Shown: positions 57,395 through 64,000 of the stretch, piece by piece | How positions within the stretch are numbered: position 1 is the stretch's first letter | Layout of the letters: every line of letters begins with the position of its first letter | NCBI GenBank assembly: GCA_944349375.1 | Contig: CALVMV010000002.1 | Span: forward strand, 35,448-99,447 | Length of the DNA: 64,000 nt | DNA from: an uncultured Clostridia bacterium | GTDB lineage: Bacteria; Bacillota; Clostridia; Christensenellales; UBA1242 | Direction: 5' to 3' | Program-made: the position numbers and the translations under genes | The notes under the pieces: generated by a model | Told to the model about the DNA's origin: nothing | Databases searched by the model: none | What the model saw: the letters and a program-made list of their open reading frames with translations, nothing else

Positions 57395-59551
57395 CTACAA
57401 AATTTCAAGTGGTGCTAATTCTAACATTAAACTTTTTTTGCCAAAATCTTCAAAAATTATATCTCCAACAAGTCCATCATCAGAAATTTCAACTATTTGT
57501 CCATCTCCGAATCTAGGGTGCGAAACTTTTTGCCCAACTTTATAAATAGAAACATCTTTATGCTCTTTTTCTTCTTTCTTAAAAACTTGCTTAAGCATTT
57601 GCTGAACTTTATCATTCTCTGACATTTTAGGTTTTGCCTCAAATTTTGGCTTAATATTTGAAAAGCTATTCAGTCCGAGTTCTTTACAAAATCTGCTTGG
57701 CATTTGATACTGCCTGCTAGAATACAAATATCTTTTTGTGCAATGAGTTAAATACAATCTTTCTTCTGCTCTTGTCAAAGCAACATACATTAGCCTTCTT
57801 TCTTCTTCCAGTTCGTGATTTGAATTAAATGCCCTTGATATTGGAAAAACACCTTCTTCTAGTCCAATAACAAAAACCACTTTAAATTCAAGACCTTTCA
57901 CTGCATGAACAGTGGCAATAGTTACAGCTCCCCCTTGACCAATTTCATCAGTGTCTGAGCTAAGGGTTATCATTTCCAAAAATTGTCCAAGGTCAGCATC
58001 TGGATTTAAAGATTCGAAATCTTTAACTGAAGAAACAAACTGCTCAATATTAAGAATTTTGTTTAAATCGTCTTCGTCTTTTGGATTATATGCAAGTTTA
58101 AGTGCAAAACTAGAAATCACATCTTGAACAAAATCGGATAATTTCTTATAATTATTCCCCGAAATTTCTTTATAAATTTTTATAAAATCTTCAAACTTTT
58201 TGTATAACAAATTATTTTTAAATTCATCGGACAATAATCGCTCAATTAAACTTTTTTCGCCACTTATTTCTTCTAATTTTGCAATTGTTCCATCTCCGAT
58301 ACCTCTTTTAGGAAAGTTTATAATACGAATAAAAGAGATATCATCTTTAGGATTAACAAAGATTCGCAGATATGCAATCAAATTTTTGATTTCAACTCTT
58401 TCATAGAACTTAAATCCACCGTAAATTCTATGAGGAATATTGTAAGATAAGAAAGCCTCTTCAAGATTGCGAGAAAGAGCATTCATTCTCATTAGAACAG
58501 CAAAATCATCGTATTTATAATTTTGTGCAGCAATTAACTTTTCAATATTTTGAGCTACATATAACGCTTCATCTCTTTCATCATAAGCATTATATAAAAC
58601 GGGTTGTTCCCCTTCTGTTTTTTCAGTCCACATTTTTTTATCAAGTCGAGTTGAATTATTTTTTATAACATTGTTGGCGATTTGTAAAATAGGAGCTGTT
58701 GAACGATAATTTCTTTCTAATTTAAAGACTTTTACATTTGGGAAATCTTTTTTAAATTTGAAGATATTTTCAAAATTTGCTCCTCTCCAAGAATAAATAC
58801 ATTGATCTTCATCACCAACAACAAATACATTGCCATATGCACTTGCAAGCATTTTAACAAGTTGATACTGGACAGTGTTTGTATCTTGAAACTCATCTAC
58901 TAGTATATACCTAAATCTATTTGAATAATACTCTAAAACTTCAGGGAATTTTTTAAAAAGTTCTATTGTTTTAATTAGCAAATCATCAAAATCGAGAGCA
59001 TTATTTTTTTTCAGATAATCATCATACATTACAATTGCTTTGCCTATCTCTTGCATATTGAATTCGCATGAATGAGTAAGCAAATAATCATTCAAAGCTT
59101 GTCCTGAGTTTTTAAAATTTGACAGCTGTGATATAAAAACTTTTTTAAATTTATCATCTTTATAATTTAATTCATCTAAAATTTTTTTTATTGCTTTATC
59201 ACTATCACTTTCGCTAAAAATAGTAAAATTTTTATTATAAGGAGAAAGCCTATAAATATCTTGTCTTAAGATACGAACACACATGGAATGGAATGTAGAT
59301 ATCCAAACCTTATTAGCACCTTCAACCATATCTGCGACTCTTTCTTGCATTTCTTTTGTTGCTTTATTTGTAAAAGTAATAGCCAAAATATTATATGGGC
59401 TTACCCCACACTCTTTAATTAGATATGCAATTCTATGTGTTAAGAGTCTAGTCTTGCCACTTCCAGCTCCAGCAGTAACCAAAACAGCCCCTTCAGTTTC
59501 TTTTAATGCTTTTATTTGTTCATCATTTAATGAGTTAAGATTATATTCCAT
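57395..59551 (-). CDS. pcrA: ATP-dependent DNA helicase PcrA (UvrD family)
   Basis: 718 aa. Motifs AGAGSGKTRLLTHRIAYLI, LVDEFQDTN and VALTRAEERLYL. 9 nt upstream of ligA. Confidence 0.92.
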   Translation of the reverse strand: MEYNLNSLNDEQIKALKETEGAVLVTAGAGSGKTRLLTHRIAYLIKECGVSPYNILAITFTNKATKEMQERVADMVEGANKVWISTFHSMCVRILRQDIYRLSPYNKNFTIFSESDSDKAIKKILDELNYKDDKFKKVFISQLSNFKNSGQALNDYLLTHSCEFNMQEIGKAIVMYDDYLKKNNALDFDDLLIKTIELFKKFPEVLEYYSNRFRYILVDEFQDTNTVQYQLVKMLASAYGNVFVVGDEDQCIYSWRGANFENIFKFKKDFPNVKVFKLERNYRSTAPILQIANNVIKNNSTRLDKKMWTEKTEGEQPVLYNAYDERDEALYVAQNIEKLIAAQNYKYDDFAVLMRMNALSRNLEEAFLSYNIPHRIYGGFKFYERVEIKNLIAYLRIFVNPKDDISFIRIINFPKRGIGDGTIAKLEEISGEKSLIERLLSDEFKNNLLYKKFEDFIKIYKEISGNNYKKLSDFVQDVISSFALKLAYNPKDEDDLNKILNIEQFVSSVKDFESLNPDADLGQFLEMITLSSDTDEIGQGGAVTIATVHAVKGLEFKVVFVIGLEEGVFPISRAFNSNHELEEERRLMYVALTRAEERLYLTHCTKRYLYSSRQYQMPSRFCKELGLNSFSNIKPKFEAKPKMSENDKVQQMLKQVFKKEEKEHKDVSIYKVGQKVSHPRFGDGQIVEISDDGLVGDIIFEDFGKKSLMLELAPLEIL

Positions 59552-59603
59552 GTGGTTATTTTATCAAAAATTCAAATTAAATCAAAATTATTTAGCAAAA
59601 TAA

Positions 59604-59638
59604 ATAAAAAAGCAGACATTTAAGTCTGCTTTGTTTTT
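59604..59638. terminator. Terminator after spoIVA (symmetric flanks)
   Basis: AGCAGAC-ATTTAA-GTCTGCT flanked by an A-run and a T-rich run. Confidence 0.65.
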
Positions 59639-59646
59639 GCTCTTTA

Positions 59647-61122
59647 TTATAATAAGATACAAATAACCCCACCTTTTCCTTCGTTAACAATTCTTCCAAG
59701 AGTTTTTCTCATTTTTCTTTGTGCTTCAATAGGCATCATTACAAGTTTTGAGTTAATGTTATCTTCAACAAGTTCTGATAAACTTCTTCCCAAAATATTA
59801 GTTTGCCAAATAGATTGAGGGTCGCTTTCAAATTGGTCAACAAGATTTTTAGCTAGGTCTTGAGATTGATCTTCTGTCCCTACAAGTGGAGTAACTTCAG
59901 TTTCGACATCAACTCGCATAATATGAAGACTTGGAGCAGTTGCTTTTATTTTAACACCATATCTAGAACCTTGCTTAATAATTTCTGGCTCGCCAAGTTC
60001 AAAATCAGTAGGTTTAGGTTCTACGACACCATATCCAGTTTGAGAAACTTGTTCAAGAGCATTTTTGAGTTTATCATATTCAATTTTTGCAATAGACAAC
60101 TCTTTAATATTGCTGATAAGTTCATAATCGCTTTTAATTTCTATTCCACATTCTTCTGATAGTACTCTGTAGAAAAGCCCTTCTTTAGGAATAACATTGA
60201 ATTTTATCACTCCTTGCCCCGCTTCAATATTAGAATAGGTAATAGGGTCAAAGCAATCGCTTTCTGCAAAAGCTATTTGATTTTTGTCTGCATCACTAAG
60301 TTTGTTAATTTTGCTTCCAAGATTTCTCATTTCGTTAGAAATTTCACTAATAATTGCACTATTAAAATCTAAAGCTCTTAACCAGTCGGGCATTGAAATA
60401 CGAATAGATTTAACTGGGAATTCCATTAAAAGATTTTCGAATATTTTATCTACATCATTTTCTTTAAGGTCTAAAGCATTCAAAGGGATAACAGGTGCAT
60501 CATATTTTTCTTGCAGAGAAGTTGCAAGTTTTTTTGTTTCATTATTTTGTGGATGAGCACTATTCAAAACAATAACAAAAGGCTTTCCTACTGCTTTTAA
60601 CTCTTTAACTACTTTTTCTTCTGCTTCAATGTAATTAGAGCGTGCAATATCAGTTACAGATCCATCTGTTGTAACCATAATTCCAATAGTAGAATGTTCT
60701 TTAATAACTTTGTCTGTGCCTAGAGTAGCAGCATCTTCAAAAGGTATTTCCTCATCTGTCCAAGGCGTTTTTACAAGTCTTGGTTTTTCTCCTTCAATAT
60801 GTCCCATAGCACCAGAAATAAGATAACCAACACAATCAATCATACGAACAGACATTTCAGCATTAGCAACTTTTATCTTTACCGCTTCATTTGGAACAAA
60901 ATGAGGCTGGGTTGTCATAATAGTTTTTCCATCAGCACTTTGTGGTAGTTCATCAATAGTTCTTTCTTTAGAATTTTTTTCACTGATATTAGGAAGCACA
61001 AGTTTTTGCATAAATTGAGTAATAAAAGTTGATTTTCCAACACGAACAGGGCCAACAACTCCTATATAAATATCTCCATTGGTTCTTTCCTTAATATCAT
61101 CATAGATTTGAAATTTTTCCAT
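59647..61122 (-). CDS. spoIVA: Stage IV sporulation protein A (spore coat morphogenetic ATPase)
   Basis: 491 aa from the ATG at 61122 (the track TTG lies within the GGAGG RBS). MEKFQIYDDIKERTNGDIYIGVVGPVRVGKSTFI (Walker A). Conserved throughout. C-terminal KGGVICILL. Confidence 0.93.
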   Translation of the reverse strand: MEKFQIYDDIKERTNGDIYIGVVGPVRVGKSTFITQFMQKLVLPNISEKNSKERTIDELPQSADGKTIMTTQPHFVPNEAVKIKVANAEMSVRMIDCVGYLISGAMGHIEGEKPRLVKTPWTDEEIPFEDAATLGTDKVIKEHSTIGIMVTTDGSVTDIARSNYIEAEEKVVKELKAVGKPFVIVLNSAHPQNNETKKLATSLQEKYDAPVIPLNALDLKENDVDKIFENLLMEFPVKSIRISMPDWLRALDFNSAIISEISNEMRNLGSKINKLSDADKNQIAFAESDCFDPITYSNIEAGQGVIKFNVIPKEGLFYRVLSEECGIEIKSDYELISNIKELSIAKIEYDKLKNALEQVSQTGYGVVEPKPTDFELGEPEIIKQGSRYGVKIKATAPSLHIMRVDVETEVTPLVGTEDQSQDLAKNLVDQFESDPQSIWQTNILGRSLSELVEDNINSKLVMMPIEAQRKMRKTLGRIVNEGKGGVICILL

Positions 61123-61145
61123 TATAACCTCCAATGATACATTTT

Positions 61146-61175
61146 ATATTATGAGGTCGATAATGCAAATATAAC
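61146..61175 (-). promoter_or_regulatory. Candidate sigma-E-type (mother-cell) promoter of spoIVA
   Basis: Minus strand: GTTATATT, 14 nt, then CATAATAT. This resembles the Bacillus sigma-E consensus as I recall it (ATA-N16-18-CATACAnT). It lies about 24 nt upstream of the ATG. Confidence 0.35.
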
Positions 61176-61235
61176 TATTTGATAGAGAATTAAAAGGTTT
61201 TAATTTTAAAATTTTATTCATTTAAAAATAAAAAG

Positions 61236-61272
61236 ATTAAAAAAAACTATGCCTAGAATTTTGCATAGTTTT
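61236..61272 (-). terminator. Rho-independent terminator after the der-plsY-S41-hypothetical operon
   Basis: Minus strand: AACTATGC-(10-nt loop)-GCATAGTT followed by TTTTTTT. Confidence 0.6.
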
Positions 61273-61278
61273 AATAGA

Positions 61279-61572
61279 TTAATCTTTTTGAGAATTTAAG
61301 TATTCATCAACAATGTTTTTTATTTTCGGATTTTTTAATAAGATTTTAGCAATTTGTTCACTACAATCTTTGGGCAATCGATAGCTATAATGTTCAAATA
61401 TGTTTAACAAAAATTCAATATCATCAACTTCACATATTTCATCTACCAAAAGCCCTATAGAAATTTTATCACCATACTTCAATTCTTCTTCAAGCTTGTT
61501 AGAAAAATATAAAAAATATTTTATTGTGTCTTTATCCATATCCATAACTAACTCCAATATAGAGTTTATCAT
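61279..61572 (-). CDS. Hypothetical small acidic protein
   Basis: 97 aa. The ATG at 61545 with a GGAG RBS is the more likely start (88 aa). No motif I recognise. Confidence 0.5.
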   Translation of the reverse strand: MINSILELVMDMDKDTIKYFLYFSNKLEEELKYGDKISIGLLVDEICEVDDIEFLLNIFEHYSYRLPKDCSEQIAKILLKNPKIKNIVDEYLNSQKD

Positions 61573-61620
61573 AAAACCATTTTACTGTCAATGCTTAAAA
61601 TATTTAGTGATATTTTAATT

Positions 61621-62688
61621 TCAATCTTTTTCATTGTCAGTTTTTAAAAGCTCTAAGGCAAAATCAAGTTCTCTATCCTTTCCATTTCTCAAATCATCGA
61701 TACTTTGTTTTAAATAATAATCTGGCTTAGTCCCACCATCGTAGTCATACACATTTGAAAAATCAAAATATTTTGTAGAATAACTATAATTTATTCCTTC
61801 AATTTCTTTAACAATACAATTTCCATATGATCTAATAGCCCCACCCGTTGTCTGTCCTATTGTAGGTGTATTAAATGCTTTTTTAAATCTTGGTGGGATA
61901 AATCTAGCAGAAGAAAATGTCCCCCTGTTCATTATAATAACACCTTTTAAAGATAATTTCTCTATTAATCTCATAAAAGGATTTATGATTTCACTATTCC
62001 CACCACCATTATTTCTTATATCTAATACATATTTTCTGATGCCGTTTGCATTTAAATCTTTTTCAATTTGTTCTAAAAAATCACAAAATTTTAATTCATC
62101 TTCACAGCATCTTCTATAACGCAAATAAAGAATATCTCCAATAAATCTATATTCATAACTAGGCTTTGGTTGATAGTTAGTTTTACAAACAAATTTATTT
62201 AATTCTAATTTTTCTCCATTTTGAAGCTCAACATCAAGTTTTTGCGTATTTTTATCAATTAACCCTAAAATTTTGTAGCTATTAATATTGTTTAATCTAT
62301 TTTCTATTAAGTGATCTCTCCATTCTTCTGTTTCATAACACAAAATAGGCTCAATCATTTTTATAAGGTTTTCTATTTCAATATTGCATATCGTTTTTAC
62401 TTCTAAAAAGTTATGTCTTTCATCTTTAAAATAAACTTTTCCATTTAAGTAACAAAAGAAATTTTCAAATGGCTCAAATTTAAAATTAACTCGAGTGTGG
62501 GCATCTTTAAAAAGTGCAAAAATCTTTGACAACTCATAAATAAACTCCTCATCATTCAATGAGTTTGCTTTTGAAATTAATTTTTCAATCTCTTTATCTA
62601 CAACTTCTTTCTCAACTGAATGAAATAGATTTTTATGGTTATTTTTCAAATCTTCAAAAATTTCTTTTACAATATCTACTTTATCCAT
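61621..62688 (-). CDS. S41-family (C-terminal processing / tricorn-core-like) peptidase homolog without a signal peptide
   Basis: 355 aa. LDIRNNGGGNSEII and NRGTFSSARF resemble the S41 DxRxNxGG and catalytic-Ser regions. RBS AGAGGAAAAG. Confidence 0.55.
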   Translation of the reverse strand: MDKVDIVKEIFEDLKNNHKNLFHSVEKEVVDKEIEKLISKANSLNDEEFIYELSKIFALFKDAHTRVNFKFEPFENFFCYLNGKVYFKDERHNFLEVKTICNIEIENLIKMIEPILCYETEEWRDHLIENRLNNINSYKILGLIDKNTQKLDVELQNGEKLELNKFVCKTNYQPKPSYEYRFIGDILYLRYRRCCEDELKFCDFLEQIEKDLNANGIRKYVLDIRNNGGGNSEIINPFMRLIEKLSLKGVIIMNRGTFSSARFIPPRFKKAFNTPTIGQTTGGAIRSYGNCIVKEIEGINYSYSTKYFDFSNVYDYDGGTKPDYYLKQSIDDLRNGKDRELDFALELLKTDNEKD

Positions 62689-62696
62689 CTTTTCCT

Positions 62697-63440
62697 CTAT
62701 TGTTTATCTTCTTTATCTTCCTCTACTACTATTTCCTTTTCTGGTTCTTGCTTTACTTCTTCTTCGTTGATAATTTCTTCTCCAGATTTCTTTTTAAAAA
62801 ATTCTCTCAATTTTCTTTTAAAATCTATTTTGTTTTCGCAATGATTTAAAAGTCTTTTTATATTTGATCTATGTCTAACCAAAGTTAAAATCATAAGTAG
62901 CCAAATTATCAAAGTAATTGCCCATGCATAAGGGACAGACAATAACCAAACATATAAAGTTGTCGCAATAGAAAGAGCCCCTAAGTAGATTAAAGAAATC
63001 ACAAAAGGATATTCTATAAATAAGAACAATATAAAACAAACAACAAACCAGATTAAAGCAACATACCATATTGAAGAAAACAGGAAAATTCCAGCAAAGC
63101 AGGCTACCCCCTTCCCGCCTTTAAAATTGCTCCAAATAGGGAAATTATAACCTAAGAGAATAAAAGCTCCAGCAAAATAATAAATAATATCCGCCGTCTG
63201 TGGAAAGATTGTTTTAAAAATTAGACAGGTTAGTCCAGCTTTAACTACTTCAGCTGTAAAGGTAAAGATTGCTAGTCCGAACCCATAACTGCGAAGCATA
63301 TTCATAGTTCCAGGGTTACCACTTCCAATTTTAGTGATATCCCTATGCCTAAAGTACCAAGAGAAGATTTTAGAAAAATTAATAGTTCCCACTAAATAAC
63401 TAATAACTGCGACTAGGCAAAAAATCGAAACTGTATTCAC
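62697..63440 (-). CDS. plsY: Glycerol-3-phosphate acyltransferase PlsY with a ~50-aa charged C-terminal extension
   Basis: Motifs GSGNPGTMN and KGGKGVA. GTG start with a GGGAGGA RBS. 4-nt overlap with der. Tail: ...KKSGEEIINEEEVKQEPEKEIVVEEDKEDKQ. Confidence 0.85.
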   Translation of the reverse strand: MNTVSIFCLVAVISYLVGTINFSKIFSWYFRHRDITKIGSGNPGTMNMLRSYGFGLAIFTFTAEVVKAGLTCLIFKTIFPQTADIIYYFAGAFILLGYNFPIWSNFKGGKGVACFAGIFLFSSIWYVALIWFVVCFILFLFIEYPFVISLIYLGALSIATTLYVWLLSVPYAWAITLIIWLLMILTLVRHRSNIKRLLNHCENKIDFKRKLREFFKKKSGEEIINEEEVKQEPEKEIVVEEDKEDKQ

Positions 63441-64000
63441 TCTTTATCCTCCCTTCCTCTTATAACTATTTTTATAGGCGAGCCAGAAAAATCAATCTTT
63501 TCTCTAATTTTATTTTCAAGATATCTTCTATATGAAAAATTTACTAACTTTGCGTCATTAACAAAAATTACAAAAGTCGGTGGATTAGTCGATGGTTGAG
63601 TTATATACTGCACTTTACATCTTTTCCCTTTGTGAGCAGGTGGCTGATAATTTAAAATTGCATCATGTAAAATTTCATTTAAAAGACCTGTAGAAATTCG
63701 CTTGCTTGCGTTCTGGTAAACCTGTTCAACTTTTTCCATGATTTGCCCAACACTTTCTCCTGTTAATGCAGAAACATAGATACTTTTAAAATAATCCATA
63801 AACGCCAAATCTTTTTTTAAGATTTCTTCAAAAGCGTTTTTGTTAGAATTTTTTATATCCCATTTATTTACAACTACAACACTTGGCTTACCAGCTTCAT
63901 GAACGAAACCTGCAATTCTAAAATCTTGCTCAGATAACTTTTCTTCACTTCCATCAAACACAATCAAAACTACATCTGCTTCTTCAATAGCATTCATAGT
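63437..64000 (-). CDS. der: GTPase Der (EngA), C-terminal part; the N-terminus is outside the window
   Basis: The frame is open to position 64000. Contains ...AIEEADVVLIVFD..., G4 VVVNKWD, and the C-terminal KH-like PPTFVIFVNDAKLVNFSYRRYLENKIRE. Confidence 0.9.
   Translation of the reverse strand, partial: TMNAIEEADVVLIVFDGSEEKLSEQDFRIAGFVHEAGKPSVVVVNKWDIKNSNKNAFEEILKKDLAFMDYFKSIYVSALTGESVGQIMEKVEQVYQNASKRISTGLLNEILHDAILNYQPPAHKGKRCKVQYITQPSTNPPTFVIFVNDAKLVNFSYRRYLENKIREKIDFSGSPIKIVIRGREDKE

Overview
AT-rich chromosomal segment. It most likely comes from a spore-forming low-GC Firmicute (Clostridia-like): spoIVA, yqfC and yqfD are present, and L27 carries an N-terminal propeptide next to a Prp protease gene. 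About 45 protein-coding genes are present, nearly all on the minus strand and tightly packed, with many 1-11 nt overlaps.

Conserved core blocks:
- str operon rpsL-rpsG-fusA-tuf
- rplU-prp-rpmA
- eno
- murC and murB (divergent)
- yqfC-yqfD-ybeY-era
- floA and ogg
- sepF-lspA-rluD
- pcrA-ligA
- spoIVA
- der-plsY

Accessory or poorly characterised content:
- A ~14 kb single-promoter operon (32449 to 18301, minus strand) encodes an ABC ATPase, a polytopic exporter-type permease, a 2085-aa protein (19 Big_2-like modules plus a beta-helix) and a 1735-aa MBG/YDG-repeat protein.
- A third giant surface protein of 1360 aa is anchored by a TM helix.
- A 1256-aa protein fuses a DUF4011-like region, an SF1 helicase and a Vsr/DUF559-like nuclease.
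- A second ABC operon has two NBD genes and one permease. An S8 peptidase gene follows it, and a start-less DUF11 ORF plus a Cys-rich ORF interrupted by an in-frame TGA precede it.
- A 68-aa Cys/Gly-rich tandem YjcZ-like peptide.
- A YugP-like protein that has lost its HExxH motif.
- A frameshifted gene remnant.
- A ~250-nt rpsL leader that contains a terminator-like hairpin.

I recognised no rRNA, tRNA, CRISPR array, transposase or integrase. All calls rest on hand reading, on motifs recalled from family knowledge, and on the supplied ORF track. No database search, HMM scan or RNA folding was run. Hairpin and promoter coordinates are hand-derived and may be off by a few nucleotides.
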